From Candidatus Spechtbacteria bacterium (GTDB taxonomy: Bacteria; Patescibacteriota; Minisyncoccia; Spechtbacterales; JACPHP01), in contig JACPHP010000009.1 in NCBI GenBank assembly GCA_016188605.1, forward strand, positions 24,786 to 88,785: DNA of 64,000 nucleotides. Reading direction: 5' to 3'. Position numbers and translations under genes: made by a program. Positions within the stretch are counted from its first letter, which is position 1; each line of letters starts with the position of its first letter. Below are positions 27,532-37,155 of the stretch, in pieces. The notes beneath the pieces are model-generated. The model was not told where the DNA came from, searched no databases, and saw only the letters and a list, made by a program, of their open reading frames with translations.

Positions 27532-27572
27532 CAAAAACTCCCCGCCGCGGCGGGGAGTTTTTGCTATTCACT
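27523..27572. terminator. Perfect 50-bp palindrome, bidirectional terminator
   Basis: AGTGAATAGCAAAAACTCCCCGCCG|CGGCGGGGAGTTTTTGCTATTCACT between convergent genes. Confidence 0.8.
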
Positions 27573-28780
27573 TATTTTATGCGCACCCTTGCAAATTTTC
27601 TTCTTCCAACCCTAACAACACTTCCGTCGCTAGGTGTAATGGTTTGCCGCCAGTCTTCAATTATTTCATCATTAATAAATACCGCCCTTTGCTCCACCAT
27701 GCGCTTTGCTTCGCTTTTTGAAGGCACGAGGTTAAGCGCAACAAGAAAGTCCATTATATTTATCTCTTTTTTGGATATAGTGATGGCTGGTATATCTGAA
27801 GGTATTTGATGTTGCGCAAAAACCCTATCAAATTCTTCCGCCGCTTCATCAGCGTCTTTTTTACCCCAATAAAATTCAGTGATTATGTGTGCTAGTAGGG
27901 CTTTGGTAGCGCGAGGATTGCCTCCCTCTACAAGGTTTTGTATTTCTTCCTTAGATAATTCTGTTAAGTAGGTGAAATAATCTCTTACTAAAGCGTCTGG
28001 TATGCTCATTAATTTTCCGTACATAGAGTTTGGCTCCTCTGAAAGTCCAATATAATTACCCAAACTCTTGCTCATTTTTTGTGCGCCGTCCGTGCCGATA
28101 AGGTATGGGGTTAAAACAACGTCTTGCGGCTCCATGCCGGCTTGTTTTTGCAAAACGCGCCCCGTAAGAATATTAAATTTCTGCTCGCTTGCCCCAACTT
28201 CCACATCCGCCTTAACCATTACAGAATCGTACCCTTGAAGGAGCGGATATAACATTTCGTGTGCCATAAACGGCCGCTCGTTTTCCAAGCGCTTGCGAAA
28301 TGTTTCATGACTCAAAAGATAAGATACTGACAGCCGTGATGTTAGTTCCAAGATGTCTTTTAGGCGAAATTTGTTAAACCACTCGCTCTGAAAATGGAGT
28401 TCTGTCTGATCTTTTTTAAGAATTTTTAAGATTTGATTTTTATACAAAGCGCTGTTATTTTTAATCTCTTTTAGAGATAACGAATGGCGCGTAGTATCTT
28501 TACCCGACGGGTCCCCTATAGAAGCCGTGTAGTCTCCAATTATAATAACCGCGGTATGACCAAGCTCCTGGAAATGTCGCAATTTCCACAAGGGTATAGT
28601 GTGGCCAAGGTGAATATCTGGCGCTGTTGGATCAATCCCAAACTTAACACGCAATTTTTTGCCCCCTCTAAGGGCTTCTAACAGGTGGTCCTTCTCGATA
28701 ATCTCTACTACGCCACGCTCTATAACCTGAATAACAAGTTCTTGAGTGGCCTGTGTATCGCTTGTTTTTTTTATTGACAT
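27572..28780 (-). CDS. tyrS: Tyrosine--tRNA ligase
   Basis: GIDPTAPDIHLGH, YPLLQGYDSV, KMSKSLGN, C-terminal S4 domain. Confidence 0.96.
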   Translation of the reverse strand: MSIKKTSDTQATQELVIQVIERGVVEIIEKDHLLEALRGGKKLRVKFGIDPTAPDIHLGHTIPLWKLRHFQELGHTAVIIIGDYTASIGDPSGKDTTRHSLSLKEIKNNSALYKNQILKILKKDQTELHFQSEWFNKFRLKDILELTSRLSVSYLLSHETFRKRLENERPFMAHEMLYPLLQGYDSVMVKADVEVGASEQKFNILTGRVLQKQAGMEPQDVVLTPYLIGTDGAQKMSKSLGNYIGLSEEPNSMYGKLMSIPDALVRDYFTYLTELSKEEIQNLVEGGNPRATKALLAHIITEFYWGKKDADEAAEEFDRVFAQHQIPSDIPAITISKKEINIMDFLVALNLVPSKSEAKRMVEQRAVFINDEIIEDWRQTITPSDGSVVRVGRRKFARVRIK

Positions 28781-28856
28781 ATAATATAAAGGTGAGGCTA
28801 ATATAAATCTGTCTCGAAAATAAATTTTAAGCACTAAATTTATTTTGAAATTTTAT

Positions 28857-29093
28857 TATCTTAAATCTCAAATGGCAAATCTCTCAGCCAGAGCAAGAAA
28901 TACAACAGAATGTATTTCTACGTTTAACAAAAATTACAACAAAATGTAATTTTACGCTAAGGCTGATCCCCGCCAGAGGCGGGCAGGCGCCTCGGGCGGA
29001 AAATCTTTTACTGAATCTAAAATTTCAAAATTTCTTCCGTAGATTTAAGATTTGAGTTTTAGTTTTGCGATTTTAGATTTGAGTTTTGAGATA
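28857..29093. repeat. Heptamer element family A with the same nested insert as 24851-24982, opposite orientation
   Basis: TATCTTAAATCTCAAA...TTTTGAGATA termini. Confidence 0.88.
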
Positions 29094-29125
29094 ACCATAA
29101 TTAATCTAAATATAACATAACGCCC

Positions 29126-31618
29126 ATGACTGGTCTATTAAAAAAACTTCGTACTATCCTCCTTTATTTCATAGCTTTAATCATGGGGCTTTTTCTTGTT
29201 GGCGGCGGAGTAGTCGCCTACTATGTTAAAACCCTCCCCTCTCCTCAAGACTTAACAAATATGCGCGTAGTTGAGTCCACAAAAATATATGATCGCACGG
29301 GTACTGTGCTTTTATATGATATTTATGATGAACAGAAAAGAACAATTATTTCTCAAGATCAAATTCCTAATTTTATTAAATGGGCGACAATTTCCGCTGA
29401 AGATGATTCTTTTTATACTAATTTTGGCATAGATGTTAAGGGAATAATCCGCGCTATGTTTAAGAACATTCAAAGCGGAGGCATGCAACTTCAAGGAGGT
29501 TCAACAATAACCCAGCAGTTTGTAAAGAATGCATTTTTAACTCGCGAGCAGACAATACCTAGAAAAATAAAAGAGCTAATATTAACGCTTGAAATTGAAT
29601 GGCGCTACCCCAAAGATCAAATTCTTACATGGTATCTTAATCAAATTCCTTATGGCTCAAACACTTACGGAATTGAGGCTGCTTCCGAATTTTATTTTAA
29701 CAAACACGCGCAAGATCTAACTATAGCGGAATCCGCCCTCCTTGCCGCGATTCCCCGCGCGCCAACATATTACTCTCCTCATGGTAATCATCCTGATGAG
29801 CTTATAGCGCGCCAACAATATATTTTGGATCGCATGCGAAAATTTGATTATATCACGCAAGAAGATTACGATAATGCGCTGAAAGAAAAACTTACTTTCC
29901 AAAAAAATCAAGGGGGTTTTAAAGCGCCTCATTTTGTGCTTTACGTAAAAGAACAGCTTGAAACAATATATGGACCTAACTATCTCCAGTCATCAGGTCT
30001 TGTTGTGCGCACAACACTTGATTGGGATCTGCAAAAAAAAGCTGAGGAGATTATTAAAGAAGAGGCGCTTAAAAATCTCAAAAATAAAGGGCAGAATGCC
30101 GCCCTTGTTACTATCGACCCTAAAACTGGCCAAATTTTAACGATGGTGGGGTCTCGCGACTACTTCGCCGACCCATCTCCGGCCGGTTGTATCTCGGGAA
30201 AAAATTGCGCCTTTGACCCTAATGTTAATGTTGCTATTCGTCCGCGCCAACCAGGATCGTCGTTCAAGCCTTTTGCATACTCAGAAGCCTTTAATAAAGG
30301 ATACACTCCTGATACTATTATTTTTGACATACCTACAGAATTTAACGCCTACTGCGCTCCTGATGGGTCGCAAGATAAAGATCAATATGGCTTAAAATGT
30401 TATCACCCGCAAAACTACACAGGAACTTTCCGCGGCCCCGTAACAATGAAAGAAGCGTTGGCGCAATCAATTAATATTCCTGCCATTAAAACCCTTTACC
30501 TTGCTGGCGTATCGGAAACAATTAGTCTTGCTAAAAAAATGGGTATTACGTCTTTGCGCGATCCAAGCCGGTATGGATTGTCTTTAGTTTTAGGTGGCGG
30601 CGAGGTAACTCTTCTTGAAGAAACGTCCGCGTATGGAGTGTTCGCGACAAGTGGGAGTTATATGCCCACAACATCCATTATATCTATCACGGATACTGAA
30701 GGAAATGTTGTTCAAAAACACAACGAAACACCACAGCTAGTGCTTGATAAATCAGTCACTGATTTAATTAGCGGCATTCTCTCTTCTGACGATCTAAGAG
30801 CGCCTGTTTTTGGTAGGCATGGAAATCTTTACACTCCCAATATATCAACTGCCGTAAAAACCGGCACAACGCAAAACTATCGCGATGCGTGGACTGTGGG
30901 ATACACGCCCGATATTGTTGTTGGTGTATGGGTTGGCAATAACGATGGCACGTTTATGACGCAAGGGGGGGTTAATGCCGCAGCTCCTATTTGGAATAAA
31001 ATAATAACATATATCTATAATCGCCCTAAATCAAATAGTGATTTTATAGTTTCTCGCGCTTCTACTCTACCAGTATTATCACCATCGCAGACAGGAAACC
31101 TTATTCTCGATGGTAATATAGCCGGACTTGAAACCGTAGATGGGGTATTTCATACAATCTTATATTTCCTTGACAAGGACAATCCTCGCGGACAAGGAAA
31201 CTCTCAAGGCGACGCTCAATTTTCTCAATGGGAGGCTGCTATATCAAACTGGATTAAAACTAACCCTATTTTAATTCCGCCGCCGCCAACAGCGCCGCAA
31301 CCTAATAATCCAACACAACCAATACCGCCCATATCTATTGATTTACTATCTCCAACGCAATACCAACTCCAAAAAAATTCTCAAAATATTGCTGAGATTA
31401 TTTTAATATCAACCACGCCAATCTCTACTCTTCGCATAACGCAAGATGATAGGATTATTTTGGTAAAGGATTTATCTGATCAAAACACATTGTCTTTTAC
31501 TGCGGATATTTATCTTAATAAACCTATTAAAGACAGTAAAACCTCTACTGTAAGAATAGAGGTTGGTAATAAGTCGGGAGAATCTTTGTCTAAATCATTT
31601 CCTTTTATATCTAACTAA
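29126..31618 (+). CDS. Class A penicillin-binding protein (transglycosylase/transpeptidase)
   Basis: ED..FY, QGGSTITQQ..KN, RKIKE, PGSSFKP, SIN, KTGT. Confidence 0.93.
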   Translation: MTGLLKKLRTILLYFIALIMGLFLVGGGVVAYYVKTLPSPQDLTNMRVVESTKIYDRTGTVLLYDIYDEQKRTIISQDQIPNFIKWATISAEDDSFYTNFGIDVKGIIRAMFKNIQSGGMQLQGGSTITQQFVKNAFLTREQTIPRKIKELILTLEIEWRYPKDQILTWYLNQIPYGSNTYGIEAASEFYFNKHAQDLTIAESALLAAIPRAPTYYSPHGNHPDELIARQQYILDRMRKFDYITQEDYDNALKEKLTFQKNQGGFKAPHFVLYVKEQLETIYGPNYLQSSGLVVRTTLDWDLQKKAEEIIKEEALKNLKNKGQNAALVTIDPKTGQILTMVGSRDYFADPSPAGCISGKNCAFDPNVNVAIRPRQPGSSFKPFAYSEAFNKGYTPDTIIFDIPTEFNAYCAPDGSQDKDQYGLKCYHPQNYTGTFRGPVTMKEALAQSINIPAIKTLYLAGVSETISLAKKMGITSLRDPSRYGLSLVLGGGEVTLLEETSAYGVFATSGSYMPTTSIISITDTEGNVVQKHNETPQLVLDKSVTDLISGILSSDDLRAPVFGRHGNLYTPNISTAVKTGTTQNYRDAWTVGYTPDIVVGVWVGNNDGTFMTQGGVNAAAPIWNKIITYIYNRPKSNSDFIVSRASTLPVLSPSQTGNLILDGNIAGLETVDGVFHTILYFLDKDNPRGQGNSQGDAQFSQWEAAISNWIKTNPILIPPPPTAPQPNNPTQPIPPISIDLLSPTQYQLQKNSQNIAEIILISTTPISTLRITQDDRIILVKDLSDQNTLSFTADIYLNKPIKDSKTSTVRIEVGNKSGESLSKSFPFISN

Positions 31619-31662
31619 TTATTGAAGGTGATAAATGATTTGTTTTGGCGCAATAACTATTA

Positions 31663-31971
31663 TTAATTTTTAGGCACAGGGTGGTTATATATAAATAAAA
31701 TATTCTGAATCGGAAATCGCGTTTTTACAACAATTTTTTCAATCAATGCTTTTTTATTACCCTCAAATTCACTCACCCAGATCGGTTGGCTAACAAAAAC
31801 TTTCAATATGTTATTTTGCACGCCCACTGCCTTGCTGTATATACTAGAACTAGGGTATAACTCCTCCACAACACTCTTCCATACTACACACACTTCATTC
31901 TCTTTAAATGGAGCTTCTAGACCCTTTTTTTTAATATAATCGGCAATAGTAAAAGAAAGCTTACTCCACAT
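31663..31971 (-). CDS. DUF721/DciA family protein
   Basis: Small protein after dnaN; W..VV, L.V.V....W..E pattern. Confidence 0.65.
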   Translation of the reverse strand: MWSKLSFTIADYIKKKGLEAPFKENEVCVVWKSVVEELYPSSSIYSKAVGVQNNILKVFVSQPIWVSEFEGNKKALIEKIVVKTRFPIQNILFIYNHPVPKN

Positions 31972-31980
31972 AAAACATAA

Positions 31981-33120
31981 TTATTTCCTTAGTGGCATCA
32001 CAATATAACGATATTCTTGTTTTGAAGACGGCTCAAACACTATCGGGCCGTCTTTTTGTTTTATTTTAACTATAACATCAGAATCCTCTAGGGGTTGCAA
32101 GCCGTCAAGCAAATATTGATAATTAAACACAATATCTTGATCTTCACCTCCCTCAATATTGCAAGACACGCGAGATTTAAATGACCCCCTGTCGTAATCT
32201 TCTGTTGATATTTCAACGCATTTCTGCGCTGGTAATACACGAATACCTATTTCTCTTAGCTTATTTGCGAACAATCCGGCGCTTTTTATTGTATTTAATA
32301 ATTCTGATTTAGAAATAATTACTTTTGTCTTCCATTCTTTGGGAATAATTTGTATATAATCAGGATAATCACCATCAATAAGACGAGAGATAAGTGTTAG
32401 TGCCGGAATATTTGATTGTTCGTTGGGATTATATTCAAACAATACCTGGCCCTGGCCCAAATAACAAACTAGCGGTGAAATTGATTCATCTTGCTGAAAA
32501 ATACGTATAATTTCCTGAGCTGCCCTCATTGGTAAAATAAAATTTATATCATCATCTGATTTTGACTTATATAGATCTGTATTTTCTGCTAAACGAAAAC
32601 TATCTGTAGCAACGCAAATAATTGAGTTGGGTGTAAATTTTACTAATATGCCCGTTAACTCTGGCTTAGTATCAACAACGGATAAAGAGTGTATAACGCG
32701 TTCGAGCGAATGCGCAAATTTATTCGCCTCTATATTAAAACCGTTATCGCGAGAAAGTTTAGGTAAAAGAGGATAGTTTGTCGGGTCATCGCCTTTTATT
32801 TGAGCCACAACGCCTTCATTTACTCCTGTAATAATAAGTGTTTGTTTTTTTTCAGCTCCTATAATTGAATCATCTGACATTGTCCGTATAAGACCGCTTA
32901 ATGTATGCGCTGGTAAGGCCAATACGCCTTCTTTCTGCACTTTAGCGGAAACCCACGCGGAAATACCAACCTCTAAATCAGTAGCAATAAACACTAATCT
33001 ATTCTGCTCTGCTCTAATAAGAATATTTTGAAGAATGGGCAGTGTGGTATTACGACCGCATACACGCTCAACTAACTGTATTCCTTGAAAAAATTTATTT
33101 TTAGTACAGGTGAATTCCAT
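31981..33120 (-). CDS. dnaN: DNA polymerase III beta clamp
   Basis: LPIL.NILI, ATDLE, VATDSFRLA, SRLIDGDYPDY, FN..YLLD, MPL. Confidence 0.96.
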   Translation of the reverse strand: MEFTCTKNKFFQGIQLVERVCGRNTTLPILQNILIRAEQNRLVFIATDLEVGISAWVSAKVQKEGVLALPAHTLSGLIRTMSDDSIIGAEKKQTLIITGVNEGVVAQIKGDDPTNYPLLPKLSRDNGFNIEANKFAHSLERVIHSLSVVDTKPELTGILVKFTPNSIICVATDSFRLAENTDLYKSKSDDDINFILPMRAAQEIIRIFQQDESISPLVCYLGQGQVLFEYNPNEQSNIPALTLISRLIDGDYPDYIQIIPKEWKTKVIISKSELLNTIKSAGLFANKLREIGIRVLPAQKCVEISTEDYDRGSFKSRVSCNIEGGEDQDIVFNYQYLLDGLQPLEDSDVIVKIKQKDGPIVFEPSSKQEYRYIVMPLRK

Positions 33121-33342
33121 AATCTAATTATTATATTTATTTATAGTGTAATAGTTGTTAGTGTCTCAACAATTCTGGGGATAAGTAAATTTAACCTTTT
33201 ATTTATCAGTAGAATAGATATGCATATCTATGTGTATAAACAAGGCGCAATATAGTGTATTACTAGGCGCTTTTAGAAATATTCGTACTTGTGTTCAGTT
33301 CTACCACAACTTATCCATATGGTTTTCCACACGTTGTACACC
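33121..33342. promoter_or_regulatory. oriC: Probable oriC (dnaA-dnaN spacer): DnaA boxes plus AT-rich unwinding region
   Basis: TGGGGATAA 33176, TGTGTATAA 33231, TTATCCATA 33311, TTTTCCACA 33323; AT-rich stretch 33121-33160. Confidence 0.65.
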
Positions 33343-34713
33343 CTACAATTGTAGTATTTTTTGTTTTATTATCTCAAATTCCTCTCTAAAAAATTCATCT
33401 TTTTTTAATTTTTCCGCAATTTTATTACAAGCATGCATAACTGTGGTATGATCTCTTCCCCCAAGTGTTTTGCCAATTAATGGATAGGAGGTGTGAATAA
33501 CTTCGCGCATGGCATACATAATAACCTGACGCGCGTGAGCGAGCTCTTTTCTTCTGTTTTTGCTTAATATTTCCTTTTCTTTAATATTATAAAACCCAGA
33601 CACTGCGGCAGTAATAACCTTGTGTGTTATGAGAGGACGAGAGTTTTTAACAATACCCCTTAATGCTTTTTTAGTATCTTCTAATGTGATTTGCCGATCT
33701 GGCTCATTTGCTTTAGATGTAAGCAGAATATTAAGAGCGCCTTCTAGCTCCCTCATATTTCTTTGTATTTGTTCCGCGATAAATTGAAGGATACTTAGGT
33801 GTAAATTAAGGTTTTTTTCTTTACATTTTGCTTGTAAAATGGCTAGTCGCATTTCATATTCTGGGTAACTGATATCAGCGATCATTCCTCCCTCGAAACG
33901 AGATCGCAATCTCTCCTCAAGTGTTGCAATTGATTGTGGCGGTCTGTCAGAGCTTAAAATAATTTGTTTATTGTTTTCGTAAAGAGTATTAAATGTGTGG
34001 AAAAACTCCTCTTGTGTTGTTACTTTACCGGCTATAAATTGAATATCATCAATGATTAGCGCGTCAATTTTCCTATAGCGCGCCTTAAATTCATCCATTT
34101 TTTTGTTGCGCATTGACACAACAAGATCGTTTAAAAAATGTTCAGAAGAAAGGTATCTAATTTTTTTTCCTTTTTGGAAAAATTCATTTCCTATGGCTTG
34201 CAAAAGATGTGTTTTACCAAGCCCCACCCCCCCGTATATAAATAAGGGGTTATAAAGTGTTCCGGGTTGTTTAATAATAGCTTGGGCTGCCGCATGAGCT
34301 ATTACATTTGAAGATCCCACTATAAATGAGTCAAAAGTATATTTTGAATTAAGTCCTGTCTCTTTATTTACCACTATGCGTTCCAAGGGCAGTTCGTATA
34401 AATTTGTTTTTTGCATCTGTTGTGGGGTAATCAAACGAACCCTAGTATTTTGAGTTAAGGGATTTTTTCGCGCGTTTATTATATAGCTTATTTCTTTTAT
34501 TTCAGGGGCAAGCGTTCTTATTGCCTTAAGTATATGTTTATGATATTTATTTTCTAACCATTCTTTAGCAAAGCCGCTAGGAACAGCAATAATAACCTCC
34601 CCATCATTTTTTGCAGTGATAGAAGTATTACGAAACCACGTTATGTAATTTGCGGGAGAAATTTGAAGCTCTATGTCGGCCAAAGCCGCTTGCCATAGTT
34701 CGTTCGGGTTCAT
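33343..34713 (-). CDS. dnaA: Chromosomal replication initiator DnaA
   Basis: YNPLFIYGGVGLGKTHL, DDIQF, RLRSRFEGG, GRDHTTVMHA. Confidence 0.98.
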   Translation of the reverse strand: MNPNELWQAALADIELQISPANYITWFRNTSITAKNDGEVIIAVPSGFAKEWLENKYHKHILKAIRTLAPEIKEISYIINARKNPLTQNTRVRLITPQQMQKTNLYELPLERIVVNKETGLNSKYTFDSFIVGSSNVIAHAAAQAIIKQPGTLYNPLFIYGGVGLGKTHLLQAIGNEFFQKGKKIRYLSSEHFLNDLVVSMRNKKMDEFKARYRKIDALIIDDIQFIAGKVTTQEEFFHTFNTLYENNKQIILSSDRPPQSIATLEERLRSRFEGGMIADISYPEYEMRLAILQAKCKEKNLNLHLSILQFIAEQIQRNMRELEGALNILLTSKANEPDRQITLEDTKKALRGIVKNSRPLITHKVITAAVSGFYNIKEKEILSKNRRKELAHARQVIMYAMREVIHTSYPLIGKTLGGRDHTTVMHACNKIAEKLKKDEFFREEFEIIKQKILQL

Positions 34714-34928
34714 TGCAAAAAAATTTAACTTGCTAATTCCAACACAGGTTATATTGGTTGGTTACTTTATTGGAAGGTGTCGGAAACCGCGGGTTTCTGA
34801 CTATAAAATTTTTCATTCAATACCGACCCGCTTGCTAGTCAGAGGTTCATTCCAGGTGTGATTAATTATATCACAAGGTACTTTATAAAAGTAAAATAAC
34901 GGTAAAGAGCGGAAAAATCATTAAAAAC

Positions 34929-34960
34929 TGTTAATAAGTCTGTGGATTAACGGTGGATAA
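34929..34960. promoter_or_regulatory. DnaA-box cluster upstream of dnaA
   Basis: TGTTAATAA 34929, TGTGGATTA 34941, GGTGGATAA 34952 (1-mismatch boxes). Confidence 0.5.
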
Positions 34961-35123
34961 CTTTTTTAATAGATTAAACTAGAAAAAATTATACTTCTAT
35001 TTTTAAATTAGCATAGAAAAAATTTTTTGTATTGTCCAACAAACAGATATTAAACATTTAATATTAAATTTGACCAACAAACTAATCTCTGCTACAAAAA
35101 GAATGAGCGCTAATAATATCATT

Positions 35124-35258
35124 ATGTCGGTTACATACCAAAAAAAGACCAAAAAAAGAAATCGCAAGCATGGTTTTATGGAAAGGAGTTCAACTCCCAG
35201 TGGAAGAAGGGTTTTAGCTAGGAGAAGGACTAAGCAAAGAAAGAATTTATCAGTATAA
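35124..35258 (+). CDS. rpmH: 50S ribosomal protein L34
   Basis: TYQ...[23 protein letters not shown]. Confidence 0.93.
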   Translation: MSVTYQKKTKKRNRKHGFMERSSTPSGRRVLARRRTKQRKNLSV

Positions 35259-35259
35259 T

Positions 35260-35607
35260 ATGCCTACAAAGCGCCTTTTGGCGTTGCGCGGTTCGTATAA
35301 TATTCAAAATCTTTTCTCTAAAGGAAGGGTTATAAAAACACCACACTTCCTTATTAGGTATAAGGAAAAAAAAGATGATAGCGTGAGGGCGGGTGTTATT
35401 GTGACTAAAAAGATAGCTAAGAAAGCCGTTCAAAGAAATAAAATTAAGAGGCAGGTTCGCGAATGTCTTCGCAGTGTCGCGGATTTTTTTATTGGAGGAG
35501 TAGATGTTATTGTAATACCAAATTCAATAGATATGGAGTTTCAAGATATGAAAAACGAGATTATATTAGCTCTCAAAACAAGCAGACTTATTATTATAAA
35601 AGAATAG
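35260..35607 (+). CDS. rnpA: Ribonuclease P protein component
   Basis: GVIVTKKIAKKAVQRNKIKRQVRE; synteny. Confidence 0.92.
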   Translation: MPTKRLLALRGSYNIQNLFSKGRVIKTPHFLIRYKEKKDDSVRAGVIVTKKIAKKAVQRNKIKRQVRECLRSVADFFIGGVDVIVIPNSIDMEFQDMKNEIILALKTSRLIIIKE

Positions 35608-35611
35608 ATTT

Positions 35612-35836
35612 ATGCTCAGTTTTATTAATGTTATTATATCAAGAATCTTCCTGGTGTGTATTAAATTGTATCAGTATACATTATCCCCCGACCACGGTTT
35701 AGCGTCTTATTATACAGTGGGCGTATGCCGCTCCCGTCCAACATGCTCAGAATTTGCGTATTTAGAAATTAAAAAAAGAGGCATTAAAGCAATCCCAGCA
35801 GTTTTTATAAAGATAAAGAATTGCCAGCCTTTTTAA
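35612..35836 (+). CDS. yidD: Membrane protein insertion efficiency factor
   Basis: YQYTLSPDH, CR..PTCSE, C.PF. Confidence 0.85.
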   Translation: MLSFINVIISRIFLVCIKLYQYTLSPDHGLASYYTVGVCRSRPTCSEFAYLEIKKRGIKAIPAVFIKIKNCQPF

Positions 35837-35841
35837 TATAT

Positions 35842-36600
35842 ATGTGGTCAACGATTACAAATACATTATATGGCTTCTTTCATCCTGTTCTAATACAGCC
35901 GCTTTTTAATCTTCTCATTGTAATTTATATTGTTTTTCCAATAAAAGATCTTGGCATCGCTATTATTTTAATGACATTATTTGTGCGCGCTGTGACATAC
36001 CCCCTCTCTCAGAAGGTTGCCGTTTCACAAAAAAAACTTTCCTTACTTCAGCCCCAAATAAAGGAAATTGAAAAAAAATACGCGCACGACAATGAGGTAA
36101 AAACTAAGGCGATGATGAATTTTTATAAAGAGAACGATGCCAATCCATTTAGCGGCTGTTTTCCAACAATAATACAACTTGTTTTATTTATAGGTTTATA
36201 TTATATGCTGCAGGAGAGTATGGCGCCCCAAAATACTTTTGGTGATTTATATTCATTTATTCCCGCGCCTACAACGCTAAATACCAATTTTCTTGGGATT
36301 ATAGACATAACTCATTCAAACAAAGTGCTTGCCATTCTTGTTGGTGTAGCAACATATCTACAATCAAAAGTGACATTTAATCAAAAGAAACACATTGGCG
36401 CGCAAGAGACAAAGAGTAGCGAACCAGATATTCAAAAAATTATTGGAATGCAAATGGTGTATTTTCTTCCTATTTTTATAGGTTTTATTGCATGGACTCT
36501 TCCGGCGGGGCTGTCATTGTATTGGATAACAACAACGCTATTTTCTTTTATTCAACAATATAGTATAAATAAGAGATTCAATGTAGGGTTGGGTGCGTAA
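35842..36600 (+). CDS. yidC: Membrane insertase YidC/Oxa1
   Basis: LQP.IKEI..KY, NPFSGC.P.IIQ, PAGLSLYW. Confidence 0.92.
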   Translation: MWSTITNTLYGFFHPVLIQPLFNLLIVIYIVFPIKDLGIAIILMTLFVRAVTYPLSQKVAVSQKKLSLLQPQIKEIEKKYAHDNEVKTKAMMNFYKENDANPFSGCFPTIIQLVLFIGLYYMLQESMAPQNTFGDLYSFIPAPTTLNTNFLGIIDITHSNKVLAILVGVATYLQSKVTFNQKKHIGAQETKSSEPDIQKIIGMQMVYFLPIFIGFIAWTLPAGLSLYWITTTLFSFIQQYSINKRFNVGLGA

Positions 36601-36681
36601 AGCACCACGCGGTGCGGGGCGTTTGTGCAAAGAGGGCGCGGTCCTCCACCGAGAGTTTTACACAATTAGCAATTCTGTTTT

Positions 36682-37137
36682 ATGGAGACGGATGAATTGG
36701 TAAAAAAAGAAGCACACACGCTACTTTCCCATATGGGATATGTGTGTGTTGCTCCAACGGAAGTAAAGGAGCGTGAAAATCGCGTATCTATTTCGCTTTC
36801 AATTGAGCGTCCTCACGAACTTATTGGAGAACGCGGCGCTACTCTTAACGCGCTTCAGCATATTATTCGTTTATGTGTTGTAAAGAAATATAATATTCAC
36901 ATACCCATAGACATTGATATTAATAACTATAAAAAGAAAAGAGAAGAATTTCTTCAAGAATTTGCAAAACAAATCGGGGAACGAGTTAGGATGACGAAAA
37001 ATGAGATGGAGCTTGAACCCATGTCCCCCTTTGATCGTCGGGTAATACACTGTACTCTTGCGGAGTATTCTGACTTAATAACGGAAAGCAAAGGAGAAAA
37101 CGAGAGTCGTCATATTGTCGTGCGCTTCTTTTCTTAA
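36682..37137 (+). CDS. jag: KH/R3H RNA-binding protein Jag/KhpB
   Basis: LIGERGATLNALQ, LEPM..FDRRVIH, TES.GE...R. Confidence 0.85.
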   Translation: METDELVKKEAHTLLSHMGYVCVAPTEVKERENRVSISLSIERPHELIGERGATLNALQHIIRLCVVKKYNIHIPIDIDINNYKKKREEFLQEFAKQIGERVRMTKNEMELEPMSPFDRRVIHCTLAEYSDLITESKGENESRHIVVRFFS

Positions 37138-37155
37138 TTATGTGATACATTTTAA

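Noticed and set aside
31600-36700. AT-rich stretch as a foreign island
   Set aside because: Contains the canonical dnaN-dnaA-rpmH-rnpA-yidC origin block
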